From contig OX597826.1 in the NCBI GenBank assembly GCA_951406725.2, positions 60,222,001 through 60,284,000 on the forward strand: a DNA stretch of 62,000 bases, in the 5' to 3' direction. The notes beneath the pieces were generated by a model. That model was not told the DNA's origin. It saw only the letters and a program-made list of their open reading frames with translations, and made no database searches. How positions within the stretch are numbered: the first letter of the stretch is position 1; each line of letters starts with the position of its first letter. Origin of the DNA: Octopus vulgaris (Eukaryota). Below are positions 12,154-26,289 of this stretch, in pieces. A program made the position numbers and the translations under genes.

Positions 12154-13589
12154 ACCATAGATCATAGATCTGCTGCTTATAAAACTGTCATCAATGAGGA
12201 GAGCGCCGTAAAGGAAATCCTAAGTTTTTATTAATGATCTTAACTGCTTCTTGTTAATTAAATAACACTTATAAACATATAACACAACATAAATTAGAAG
12301 TATGAAAATTACTTTAAATATCAAACATTTAGGAATTTGCACAAAACGGTATGAACATTGTGATTCGCTCAATTGATATTTAGTGTTCTTTTCGTTAGAT
12401 TCCTTCCTCCACGCTACGATAAACATGAACAGCTGGCCAAACACAATTAGTCACACGTTATTTGCATTTGTCATGTGAAATCATGTGTTAGTGTGTTAAT
12501 TATATCTGGCGTATTATTGTATACACAATAATTATAGTTTCCGAAGTCAACTACCATAGCAAAATCCCATAAATAGTACATTACCGCAACACCCTGCAAC
12601 CAGCTTCTTTTTTTTTAAAGATATGAAACTGGCCATGCCATTCAGCGACGTATTTTCGTTGAAGGCTTCGTATAAATAACTTCTGAAAAGATTGCAGGTG
12701 TTATTGGAATGACAATGATTGTGTAACAGAGAATAACTGCCATACAATATATATCGTAGAATATTAATCATTACATTTTAGAGAGAGAGAGAGAATCGAC
12801 TTTAAATATCTTCACTGATAGTTCTGGAAGCTTAGACGCAGAAGAAGTAACGAGGCACCAATAAAAGGAAGTATTATTTTAAAAACATATAAACATATAA
12901 TAAGCCATCCATAAATTGCACCAAGCGGTTCAGCTTCTACATCGCTGTGTAAAGTAATGTATAATGGCAGCAGATATTAATTTATATAGAAGGAATGAAA
13001 CATTTGGAACATGCTGAAACGTTTTATCACAAATAAGTAAATGTCTTTTATATTCAATTGCAGCGCAAACAAAATGTGTTATCTCTCTTAAATCTATTAA
13101 ATAAATCTACGGAGGAACAGAATAAGACAAAGGAGATATTTCTCACTAAGAACGTGTAACTATAAAATTATAGTTTTCTCTTTTTCCACTCTTTGCTCAA
13201 TCGTAGATCTAATTTTCGATGTTTCCTTACAATCCATATCAACTGGTTCTACACGGATTACGCTGAAAACAACTTGACTATAATTACCAGTTCCGCCTAG
13301 GATCATGTAGTAATGTGTCAAAAATGAATTACAAATTGTACATTAAAATTACGGATAAACTTACTTCCGTAACGTACACAAGTGGAGTTATATGTGGAAT
13401 CATGAGTATGAGACGGCATTCTGAAAGACAAGAAACATTCCATGTGTAAGGCCTTTGTAAAATATCTAAATGAATAACAAACATACGGCCATAAATAGAA
13501 AATAACTATATTGAATATCAGATAATGAAATCTCTTTAGGACACTAAAATAGGTATTTCTAAACCTAACATTCGATTTTAATGTGTTAT

Positions 13590-13623
13590 ATATATTTTAG
13601 TATCTATCTTTCTATCTATATAT

Positions 13624-13722
<99 letters not shown>

Positions 13723-13813
13723 ACTATCTACATATCTATCAATCAATCAATCAATCTATCTATCTATCTATGAATCTATCTATATATATGTATGTATATA
13801 TATATTTATATAG

Positions 13814-13846
<33 letters not shown>

Positions 13847-13848
13847 TA

Positions 13849-13900
<52 letters not shown>
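13590..13900. repeat. (TATC)n/(TA)n microsatellite
   Basis: Direct reading. Confidence 0.95.
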
Positions 13901-13903
<3 letters not shown>

Positions 13904-13919
13904 GAGTGTGCGCGCGAGA

Positions 13920-14150
13920 GTGTGCCTGCGTTTGTCCCCCTACCATCGCTCCCCAACTGATGTTGATGTATCTACGTCCCCTTAACTTAGCGGTTCGGCA
14001 AAATTAACCGATTGGATAAGTACTAGGCTTACAAAGAATGAGTTCTGGGGTCGATGTATACTCTTTTACTCTTTCATTTGTTTTAGTCATTTGACTGCGG
14101 CTCTACTGGAGCACAGCCATTAGTCAAAGAACTCATTCTTTGTAAGCCTT
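13920..14150. mobile_element. Two SINE-A 3' fragments in inverted orientation (+ 13920-14057; - 14060-14150)
   Basis: TTTGTCCCCC...CTGGGGTCGAT on plus, immediately followed by the reverse-complemented tail CTCTTTTACTC...TTCTTTGTAAGCC. Confidence 0.75.
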
Positions 14151-14263
14151 GTCCTTATATAAGTGTGCTTGTGCGTGTATGTAAATGCATTTATATATGT
14201 ATATATTAAGACACTCACACATACACACAACTATATATAAACGTATCTATATGTATTCATGTG

Positions 14264-14302
<39 letters not shown>

Positions 14303-14429
14303 CCACACACACATAATAACACGCACGCACACACACACACACACACACATGGTTTTACATTTGTGTTGCACGCGCGTTTATGTGTGTAAGTGTAAGACAT
14401 AATGTGTGACGGTCCTTTTGGATGCAAGT

Positions 14430-14660
14430 ATGGAAGCCTTTTCATTATACGCTAAGATACCTTTGTTTTAACATGGCCAATATCTCATACCACGGTCCAC
14501 GTAATTGGACAAAGCCGCCATCTTCAATCACCTTCCACGCCAGTTAATTAATCTATAGACACCATCAAGACATGTCTGTACACTTGTATACTATCCTCAA
14601 CGCATTCGGAAGTACATGCATCACTTACCGCAGCGATCATTTTCGGAGACAACAGCTTCA
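14430..14660 (+). mobile_element. Possible CR1/L2 LINE 3'-end relic
   Basis: Only the IFNHLPRQL peptide resembles the LFNxLPxxL motif near CR1/L2 ORF2 ends. Confidence 0.3.
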
Positions 14661-14683
14661 CACTATGATCTGAGTACATGTAC

Positions 14684-14722
<39 letters not shown>

Positions 14723-14808
14723 TGTGTGTGTGCATAATATTTATATATATATGTATATATATACTATATATATATATACATACGTATATATATATAGGTA
14801 TATATATG

Positions 14809-14870
<62 letters not shown>

Positions 14871-14957
14871 AGAGAGAGAGAGCGAAAGGATAGATAGATA
14901 GATAGATATATATATAGATAGATAGATACATATATATATATATATATATACGTATAT

Positions 14958-15018
<61 letters not shown>

Positions 15019-15810
15019 CAGACAGATAAATAGGTTGACAGACAGACTGATTAATTCATAGATAGATATATAGAGATACATATACATACATATACATATA
15101 TATGCATGTGCGTGTGTGTGTGTGCATGTATCTATCTATCTATCACACTCTCTCTCTCTATATATATATATATTGATATATATATGCATATATATGCCTA
15201 TATAGTTATATATTATACTTGATTTTACTTGTTGCTTTAGTATATTCTTGAATGATTCATATTTTCATATTTGCATGCAGGAGCTACTGACCCAACCCAC
15301 ACACCAATTAAGCTCACACAGTCACCTTCACTTCACCATCTACATAAACACATTGCCAAACATATTCACACACACGCACACATACACACACACCTATATC
15401 CAGCTATGCATCTGCGTATCGACTCATTTGAATCTACTAACGATCTGCTCTTCTCTTATCATTTTCATCATTTTTATGCATCTCTATGCCATTCTGCTGA
15501 CACTTACAAGCAAAGCAATGTGCTTAATGATGAAGTCAACAGCTATAGATGTGAGTTTCAATTATTTTGTGCAACACTATATTGCCTGTTGGGATTATTA
15601 CAGCGACCTGTTCATATTTCAGTTAAAATAATTGGATAATGGATTTCAGAGGAAATTCGTGAAGTGTTCATTAATGGAATCATGAATCACCAGCGTATTA
15701 AATATGCGTTGAAATATGGTGCTTGTTCACATATGCATATGAGTGTTTATATATGTGAATGCTATACATATGTCTATTTGTTTTCAAAAAAATAAAAAAT
15801 GATCTAACGA

Positions 15811-16166
15811 GGCGTGGCTGTGTGGTAAGAAATTTGCTTCCAAACCACATGATTCCGGGTTCAGTCACACTGTATGGCACTTTGGTCAAATGTCTTCTAT
15901 TATATCCTCGGGCCGACCAAAGCCTTGTGAGTGGATGTCTGTGTGTATGTATGACTACATTTCTGAGTTTGTCCTCCCGCCGTCACTTGACAACTGATTC
16001 AGGTTTGTTTTCGTCCCCGTAACTTAACCTTTCGGCAACAGAGACCGGTAGAATAAGAACTAGTCTTTCAAAAGAATAAGTCTGGGGGTCGATTTCCTCG
16101 ACTGAAGACGGTGCTCCTGCATGGCCGCTCTCAGATGACTGAAGCAAATGAATGAAAGAATGAAAC
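15811..16166 (+). mobile_element. SINE-A, old diverged copy
   Basis: Head GGCGTGGCTGTGTGGTAAG and second module recognisable. Confidence 0.85.
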
Positions 16167-16239
16167 AATATGTAAAAATCCTTCCACATACAGACAAACT
16201 TACAAGTCATGTATAATTGCTCATGTATGTACGTATACA

Positions 16240-16620
16240 TATATCACCTTGACCGACCAGTCCGTCAGGCGTCCATTTGACACCGCTGGTCATAGCACGC
16301 TGTCCACTCCTCTCTGGATCGCGCCTTTCGACAACTGCGCGGTTCCACCGATTATCGGTGAGCCGGGCGACGTGTCCAGCCCATCTAAACTTGCTGTGTG
16401 TATACTCTGCGATGACATCCCTCACGACGGACTTCTTTCTGATTATCTCGCTACTGACGTGCTCTCTCAACGAGATACCAATCATTGACCTTTCCATGGC
16501 TCTTTGAGCCGTTACCAGTCTCTGCTCTTCTCTCTTTGTGGTAGCCCATGTTTCAAACATTGCAGGTAGAACCGTACTGTTGATGAGGTTGAAAAAACGA
16601 GTTCTCAATTCCATACTATG
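16240..16620 (-). mobile_element. RTE-clade LINE 3' fragment (ORF C-terminus and 3' UTR)
   Basis: STVLPAMFETW...AQRAMERSMIGISLREH...KFRWAGHVAR..DNRW is the typical RTE C-terminal signature. Confidence 0.85.
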
Positions 16621-17081
16621 TATTAGCAATATAATTTATTTGGGCCGACGCATTTTAATGATACTCCGCCACTCCGAGTTTCGCCTGTGAGTGCACAGTC
16701 TTCAGGCAAATTATGGCTGATGACTTGCAACAGGTTCCTGTGCGCACACAAATGAAATCAGAGACCTACAGACTGACTCCACCTGAAAAAAATATTACAG
16801 AACTGTGTGTATGTATGTATGTGAGTGTGTGAGTGTGTACGCTAATTCTAAGGCGTACCTTAACATTTTGCTGTAATTAGTTACACATTTGGAACTGTCA
16901 ATTTTAGTATTAGGTTTCCAGAAATTCTACTTTCATTTTTAATCTATGTATCTATCTATCGATCGATCGATCGATAGATCGATGGACCTATGTATCCTTT
17001 TCTCTTGAATATTACTATATTTTCTATTTGTAGAATGATATATTAAGCTGTTATTGTGACTCACTCACTCACACACACACT

Positions 17082-17139
<58 letters not shown>

Positions 17140-17147
17140 GACAGACA

Positions 17148-17629
17148 GAGAATTCACAAAAAAGACAAAAGACGAAGACAGGTGGTGTAGACAACAAACA
17201 GATGTGATAGTTTAACGCTCGGGAAGTAAAAAAATGTCTTTAACGTTTCGAGCCTACGCTCTCCCACAAAAAGGAACACAAAGAGAAACAGAGAGAGAAA
17301 ATAAAGAATGTGTAGTGGCTTGGGTCTATCATGGCGAATGCCGGACAGAGGGGTTATACATGAGAGTTAGGAAGAAAGGGAGATAGAAAGAACCAAAAAG
17401 TTTAGAAAGTACAAAAAAGTTCTAAAACGTTGAAAAGCTTCAAAAGCTTCGTCGTGGTGTATTGGAGCGATTTCTCATCAACGGAAGAGTCCATTGTAAT
17501 CCATGGACAGGAGAGGTACAGCTGACGTGTTGGAGAGTAGAAAATCCAGGTAGAATAGTCCGAAGTGTAGAAGGTGTAGAAAATCCAAGAAAAGTTCATT
17601 GGGAGACAGGATCAACTGGTGCGACCACG

Positions 17630-17631
<2 letters not shown>
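17148..17631 (-). mobile_element. Family 1 core plus terminal repeat; degenerate hammerhead-like motif at 17236-17274
   Basis: The reverse complement aligns to 7281-7763; motif CTTT-TTGTGGG-A-GAGCGTAGGCTC-GAA-ACGT-T-AAAG (C3U, A9G). Confidence 0.7.
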
Positions 17632-17668
<37 letters not shown>

Positions 17669-18329
17669 AATTTGAGATAAAACCACTATTAGGCAACTCA
17701 AACAGTGATAGACATAAACCAAAACATAAAAAACATAAATAAATATAATTAATATAATATGCAATATATATATAAAATATAAAATTTAAAATTTAATTTT
17801 TCTGGGGCCTAATATTGGTTTTATCACTAATTTTATCACTAATACTGTGAAATTTGATTCATCCTAAATTTAATTTTCGCTTTAAGTTTGGATATACTCC
17901 CTAATATTGTTATTATTATTATATATATCTATATATATATATATATATATATATATTAACATGAACATGAAGATAGAATCGAGTATACGAAAAGCTATGC
18001 ACCAGGAAGGGTTGAGTAATCTCTGTGGTTCCGTGCTATGGTTTGGGATGGTCGAAATATCGAACTGGATACTTTGGTCGTGTAGACAGAGAAAACCAAT
18101 ACTATACATATTTAGCGCCTAAGGAGCTGGTCCAAATTACGTGTTACTTTGAGTAGAACGTTGTTGGTATACTCTAGGCTGTCCGTCAAGTGGCAAATTC
18201 CCTTGGGAAATTATAATCACACGAATAACATACCAACATCAATCCATCGTACGATATTATTCCTTTAATTATACACACACACACACACACAAACGCATAT
18301 ATATATATATGAAATGTAAATACGAACGG

Positions 18330-18567
18330 AATAAATCAAATTTCGGGTAAATCGGATAAGTGGTTGTGGAGATATTAAGTGTTTTCGGGATACAAATATC
18401 CAAAACAGTGCATAATGGAAAAAGTCGCCGAAAATAATCTTTATCTTGAAAGGGAAGAAACTCTTAACTTTCGATTAGATACAGTGACTTAACGAAAATA
18501 CACGATTTGTTTTTTACAATAAAGTAGCCTGACCCGTGCCGTCAAAAATGACGGCTAATTGTACTAT
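18330..18567 (+). mobile_element. Possible non-autonomous Helitron/Helentron-type element 3' end
   Basis: Hairpin GCCGTCA-AAAA-TGACGGC (18538-18555), then 8 nt and CTAT|T (CTRR expected, so imperfect). The left boundary is uncertain. Confidence 0.35.
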
Positions 18568-19329
18568 TTTATATATAAATAGGGTACATAATAATCACGC
18601 ATATAAAAGTTTTATACGGCACGCATTTCTGTCGAATGAGCAACCGTTTACATTTTAAGAAAGTTGAAATAATTCCATTAAACGAACACGTAAATGGTCG
18701 TCGTCATACAAGGTAGATACAACATATATGGGCGTGTATGTGTGTGTTTGTGTAAGTATGGTGTGCATGGGTGTACGTGTATGTGTGTGGACATGTGTGA
18801 CTGAGCGATTCTATAGATCACACAGACACAGACGTTCACATGTGACTACTAATGAATACATTTTACGCTATGAGAACCTGTACTCCTAAACACATTCAGT
18901 GGGGCTTTTTGTCATATGTGCATTACACACACATGCGCACGCACACACACACGTATATGCATATATAGATATATATACATGAAAAGCTGTATCGCTAAAA
19001 GTGGAACTTAAAAATACTTCTATGCCACAGAATAGTCAAAAAATTAATTCAAACATGATAGGAGAAAAATTACAGTGAACAATAACATCAATTTACCTCT
19101 GCTAGGTCAGCAAAAGTAATACTGGCACTAGCGATGATATCTTTAGTAGGACTACCAATCTCATATATATATGTAAATATATACATATACACACATATAT
19201 GAATGTATGCCTGTATGTATGTATAACATTAGAAGTTAGCTTGAAACTTGCTTGCAATGTTACCCAGCAGAACTGGCGCATAATGGGTCATGTGTTGTCT
19301 AGTTTTGTATCAATAATGATAGCTATATG

Positions 19330-19680
<351 letters not shown>

Positions 19681-20133
19681 TGAATGAGTGATTGACTAAT
19701 TGTTTGATTGATTGACAGACAGATAGACAGAGTTTTCTCGTCAAGTGTTAGGATTAGAGTTTCCATCAAGGAATGGAGACGAAATATGGGAGTATATTGG
19801 TGTGTGTGTGTGTGTATGCGTTTGTATGTGTGTGTGTGGATGTGTGTATGTTGTGTGTTTACACGTTTCTGTGTCTCTGTTTTTCTACAATTCTAGGGTT
19901 ACTGTCGAATATTAACGATTCATTGAAACCCGTCATATATGAGTCATACTATGGGCAGCGTTACACACTAGGAATAAATAGGAAGTATAGGTTAAAGGTC
20001 GTCAAGCCAACTTAATCAGCGACAATGTAAGAATATATATCTATCTTTCTATATATTGACAAAGATATATAGATGAATAGATAAATAGATAGATATGTAT
20101 GTGTGTGTGTGCGTGTGTGTGTATGGGTAAACG

Positions 20134-20170
<37 letters not shown>

Positions 20171-20190
20171 ATACGTTATATGCATTCTAT

Positions 20191-20392
20191 TATTCTTTCA
20201 TTTGTTTCAGTCAATTGACTGCGGCCATGCTGGAGTACCACCTTTAGTGGAACCAATCGACCCCAGGACTTATTCTTTGTAAGCCTATTACTTATTCTAT
20301 CAATCCCTTTTGCCGAATCGTTAATTTAAGAGGATATAAGCACGCCAACATCAGTTATCAAGCGACGGTGGGGTTAAACACAGACACACAAA
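20191..20392 (-). mobile_element. SINE-A second module only
   Basis: Similarity to other copies. Confidence 0.85.
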
Positions 20393-20409
20393 TAAACATA
20401 AACACACAG

Positions 20410-20457
<48 letters not shown>

Positions 20458-20463
<6 letters not shown>

Positions 20464-20752
20464 ATCACGTGACCGGCCACGCTATCAGGTGTTGCTACAC
20501 ATCGCTGGTCACAATGCGCCTCGCATTGTTTTAGCAATCAAGTGACGCTACCCGGCCGGCTATGCCAGCAAGCCAACAGAAGACAGAGTGAGAGAAAGAT
20601 GTGGTGAAAGAGTACAGCAGGGATTGCGAACACCCGCTGCCGGAGCATCGTGGAGCTTTAGGTGATTTCGCTCAATAAATACTCACAACACCCGGTCTGG
20701 TAATCGAAACCACGATCCTCTGCCCTAACCACTGGGCCATTGCGCCTCCACA
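20458..20752 (-). mobile_element. SINE-C variant (head H1 + RTE-like tail Y)
   Basis: The head matches 11770-11950; the tail matches 29829-29948 and resembles the RTE 3' end at 16240-16295. Confidence 0.85.
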
Positions 20753-20781
20753 CAAACACGCACACACACAAACACACACAC

Positions 20782-21044
20782 AGGAGTGGCCAAGTACTTT
20801 CTTACGAACCACATGGCTCCGGGTTCATTTCCACTGCATGGCACCTTGGGCAACTGTCTTCTACTATAACCTCGGGTCGACCAAAGCCTTGTCTGTGGAT
20901 TTGGTAGACGAAGACTGAAAGAAGAGACCGATGCAATAAGTACTAGTCTTACTAAGAAATAGTCCTGGGATCGATTTGCTCGATTAAAGGCGGTACGGCA
21001 GCATGGCCGCAGTCAAATGACTGAAACAAGTAAAAGAATAAAAG
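20782..21044 (+). mobile_element. SINE-A with internal deletion
   Basis: The head joins the tail directly at CTGAAAGAAG|AGACCGAT; the internal microsatellite is absent. Confidence 0.85.
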
Positions 21045-21082
21045 TATACTATTTATATTTATATGCATATATATACATATAC

Positions 21083-21143
<61 letters not shown>

Positions 21144-21145
21144 TT

Positions 21146-21415
21146 TTGTGTTTGGGGAGAGTCATTCTCTTTTAGTGCCTAATTATTTAACACACTCACC
21201 GGTAAAATTAACACTTATTTCTTATTTTTTATTTTCAAAAAGTTTCATTGCGTCTTACAACCTTTTCAATAGTATTTGAGAGTCAAGACTATTGAAAAGG
21301 TTGCAAGATGCAATGAAAATTTCAGAAAATAAAAAATAAGAAATAAGTGGTAACTTTACCGGTGAGTGTGTTAAATAATAAGGCACTAAAAGAGAATGAC
21401 TCTCCCCAGACACAA
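21146..21415. mobile_element. Fold-back MITE-like element, ~128-bp arms and 14-nt loop
   Basis: 21146-21273 is the near-perfect reverse complement of 21288-21415; (TA)n on the left flank; partial copy at ~27392-27484. Confidence 0.85.
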
Positions 21416-21474
21416 CAGAATATGCTGCAACACACGAACTCATATAAAGAATCTTGCAAACCAAATCCCAAAAC

Positions 21475-21524
<50 letters not shown>

Positions 21525-21985
21525 TACACACAAGCACGCACACACACACACACACATATGACATACGTAAATGTATATACGAAGATATACACAGCTATAA
21601 CCATGTTTTTATATATGTACGTATTTGTGTTCGTGTATGTGTATATGTACGTATTGGTGCACGGATTATTTATACGATGCATTTTGCCCCAAACTCAACG
21701 GAAGTATATGAAAGTTTGTACGGAAGTTGTTATCAACATATCTGTGGACTTTATCACTGACATTTTCGAGTCTTGTTCTGTATATTTGTCTGGGAGGTGT
21801 AAAGTACATAATATTTACTTGCATCAACCAGATAGATGATGTTTGTGAAACTGGACAACCGGATGTGAGACCAACATTTTCGTAATTGAAGCTTGCCCGA
21901 AGTACGTGACATTCGAAACATAAAAACCTAGATGATTGCCCACTTCAGACATATATAGAGAACCGGACGCTCACCCACAGACACA

Positions 21986-22048
<63 letters not shown>

Positions 22049-22116
22049 TCGTGTGTGTGTGTGTGTGTATAAATACATACATATATATATTTGTGTGTGT
22101 GTGCGTGTAGATAGAC

Positions 22117-22151
<35 letters not shown>

Positions 22152-22394
22152 TGGACAGACAGTTATATATATATATGCTGACAGGCACATGGCCATATAT
22201 ACGAATTATTGGTAAAAGTTCCTAGGTTTAGGTAAAAGAAAGTACTGGAGAAGCAGTTAATTATGATTATTTTTCCCTACATATTCCCCTCTCAGGTTCA
22301 CACACTTATTGCAACGGTACTTCAGTTTTTCTGAGCTTTGTAAAAGTAGAGGTAGATTGGAGACTCCAGCCAGGGCTTTTGCGATATATGCTTC

Positions 22395-22435
<41 letters not shown>

Positions 22436-22607
22436 GCAGGAGTGTCTGTGTGGTAGGTAGCTTGCTTACCAGCCACATGGTGCTTGGTTCAGCCCCACTG
22501 CGTGGCACCTTGGGTAGGTGTCTTCTACCTTGATCCGACCAAAGGCTTGTGAGTGGATTTTGTAGACGGAAACTGAAAGAAGCCCGTCGTATATATGTAT
22601 ATGTATG

Positions 22608-22663
<56 letters not shown>

Positions 22664-22875
22664 GGTGTATATGATTGTGTGTCTGTGTTTGTCCCTCCAG
22701 CATCGCTTGACAACCGATTGTGGTGTGTATACGTCCCCGTAATTTAGCGGTTCGGGATAAGAGACCGATATAATAAGTACAAGGCTCCCAAAGAATAAGT
22801 CCTAGGGTCGATTTTCTGAACTAAAGGCGGTGCTCCAGCATGACTGAAACAAGTAATAGAGTAAAAGAGAGTAAG
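22436..22875 (+). mobile_element. SINE-A full length
   Basis: Similarity to other copies. Confidence 0.9.
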
Positions 22876-22912
<37 letters not shown>

Positions 22913-23193
22913 AGTGAATATAGATATGCATACATGAAATCTTTTGCTGGTAACGTATGTATAACTCTCTGTTTCGAAAAATTCAGAAATAAACGCAGAA
23001 AAAGGATAAATCAGCAGAAATTCCATTGGTAAACAAGTAAAATCTAATTAGAAACATCGTAAGACTTCCAGATTTACATCATGTTTTTGCATGCAACACA
23101 GGTTGACGACAAAATACAATAGATTGTGGGAGTTGTAGTCATAATTTATGTTCAGCCTGTGCAAATATACAAATACATAAACACATAGATATG

Positions 23194-23814
23194 ACTAAGT
23201 GGCATTGCATCCCGGCGTTGCCCGGGTGTTATGACCTGCGGCCATTTGTATTAACTTTTCTTTTCTTCTAGTCAGAATCGGCACACCTGATATATAATGA
23301 ACTGGATTACTAGCGTAATGGAAGTTATTGCTTGTTTAAAAGTGAAGGACGGGAGGGTGCTATTTGCATGTGTTTGCATAAAAGTGCTTTCTGTTATTTA
23401 GAAGGACCATAAACTACGAATTGTTTCATTGTATAGAAAGGGGTTAATACAATTTTTTCCAGAAATCACGTTCTCAAAATTTTAATTCTCCACCCCGTCC
23501 CCACCGCGATTTCTTAATTTGTAGCTATTTTTCGATTTTTAAAAAAAATTCTGGAAAAATACAGAGATTACGAATCTGGGAAATACATTTTTGAAAGTTT
23601 AATTTTTGTTAATGCCCCTTCCCCTATCTTGTTCACCCATTACCTACCGCTTTCATAAAACTAAAACCTCCCAACGTTTCACTTTCGTCTGATGTTTTAC
23701 GCATGCGTACAATTGTACTGAAGGGTGCACGATACGCTTGAAGCAACACGGGTTAAGAGAGACTTAAACATTTTAATATTTCTATCTTTGAAAACCAGTG
23801 GATGTATTCCACTG
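23194..23814 (-). mobile_element. Possible non-autonomous Helitron/Helentron-type element
   Basis: Minus strand: hairpin CCCGG-GCAACG-CCGGG (23211-23226), 11 nt, then CTTAG|T. A second hairpin CAGTGGA-TGTAT-TCCACTG lies at 23796-23814. Confidence 0.4.
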
Positions 23815-24179
23815 AAATTAGGTAAATAATTCTTCGATCAGACGGTCAGCAGCGACGCCTGCTGGGCTTGGCTAATCTGCATTGATAAAGGGCAAATACT
23901 CTGAAACATGTCTGCAGATACCTGACCAGCAAGGGGGAGCGGCTGACCTCCCCTTTTCGAAGGTTATAATGGACACAGGTTCGTGTGTCATATAACTAGC
24001 TAGAGGCGAAGTTGAAGGCGATGGCGTCTTGGAGCTAATCAACGGCGGTTTAGTCTTATATTTATGGACTGCCATATTAGCTTGGCGATAACTGTTAATT
24101 TCCAGTACCGCTGCCGTAGTCTCCTTTAGAGAGACTCAGAAATTTTAATATTTATATATATATAAATATATATATATAA

Positions 24180-24250
<71 letters not shown>

Positions 24251-24280
24251 AAAAAAGGAGATGTCGAACACGAGTGGTGA

Positions 24281-24736
<456 letters not shown>

Positions 24737-25070
24737 GTGTGTGTTTGAAAGTAAGTACTGGAGCCGATTCATTCGATTAAATATTCTTGAAGGCATTGTA
24801 ATGACTGAAAGAAATAAAACGTATCAGATAACCCCACTCCACAACATTTATGGATTTTTTGTTATTTTTCTACGGATCATTATTTTGAGATGGTATTATA
24901 TAAATAAGTCTTGTTATCTCACTCTCAGAAAAAATATTTATAGTGAGTAACACTCCAATCAATGATGGAGGGTAAAGGGATTTGCAGACGTCTTGCCAGT
25001 TCCTATCTCAGCTTCTCTTGATTCAAATTGAAAACCCTCCGAGAAATAAAAAGAAACGTTTTGTCCTCTA

Positions 25071-25382
25071 TGTTGTTTTTCTTTGTTCCTTCTTGAGCCA
25101 CGCCTGGTTCATAAGGGCCAGTTTCCCGGTTTCATTGAGGTATAGGTTCTTTACCTGTACGGGACACCGGTCAGTCGCAGGTGAGTTGCTTGATGCAGGA
25201 GGAAAGAATGAGAGAAAGTTTTGGCGAAAGAGTCAGCAGAAGTTCACCATTACCTGCTGCTGGACCCGCGTGGAGCTTAGGTGTTTCGTTCCTAAAGACA
25301 CACATCGCCCTAGCTGAGATTCGAACCCTCGATCCCTCGACCACGAGTCCGCTGCCCTAACCAGTAGGCCATGTGCCTCCAC
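25071..25382 (-). mobile_element. SINE-C variant (head H1 + tail Z)
   Basis: Head GTGGAGGCACATGGCCTACTGGTTAGGGCAGCGGACTCG..GGTTCGAATC matches 11770; the tail CCTGCGACTGACCGGTGTCCCGTACAGG...AAGAAGGAACAAAG differs from tails X and Y. Confidence 0.8.
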
Positions 25383-26289
25383 TTTGTCCTGTAAAGTTCT
25401 TAAATTTTGAATAACCTAGTTTTGACCACAACAGTTATGTGAAGCAATTTAAAAACAGCTCAGTATTGGGAGTCACCAGCGAGGTCTATGCTACATAAGG
25501 ACACTGTTGACACTTAAACAAAAAAATACTAATATACGTGCATACCAGTGAACGAATGCATGTGCCTGAGGCATGAGATTTTTTTCCATTTCATAGAATT
25601 CAAAATCTGATATTTATATGTACTTAGTATTATCAAATAAATTCCTCTGTAAATAAGTGTTAACGTTGCCTCCTTGGTTCTACATTTATCTATAACATAT
25701 ATTTTACACCTGTTATTAATTTGATCGGCTCCGTTGACAAAATACTATTGTATCTAGAGATATGTGTTTTTTTAATGTTTCCTATAAATGGCCAGTATTC
25801 TAGACACTTTTTGAAATATGTTGTGGCTTCAAGCAATTCCTACAAACATCGAAACTTCTCAATTTTTTCTTTTCTCCTTCTTTCTCTTTCTTGTTCTTTC
25901 TCCCTCTACCACTCAGTTTTATACACACTTCGCTTTTTCACACACACATATGCACAGTGAGTGAAACAGACAGAGAAAACAAAAATAACAGACATATAGA
26001 CTACTGAGCCAATATCTTTTACATTCAGTTATCATTTATTTCTAAATATAAATATTTAAAATAACGTTACTCTTTCACTGACGCGATTTGTTCAATGTTC
26101 CGTTTTATCTTTGGAAAAATAATGTCGAGTTTGAATAAGCTTCAAGGATTTCCGTTTCCTTAGTCTGTATATTATTATTTGTGTGTGTGTGTATTTCATT
26201 ATACTTGCTGAAATTTTAACCTATGATGTTAGGATTTGGACTTTTGATGTATGAAACTTCCCTTATTTTAGGATTCGGTTTCCAGTTTT

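Noticed and set aside
16711-16785. CTGATGA...GAAA as a hammerhead
   Set aside because: Stem II is unconvincing, and stems I and III cannot be placed in register with an NUH triplet.
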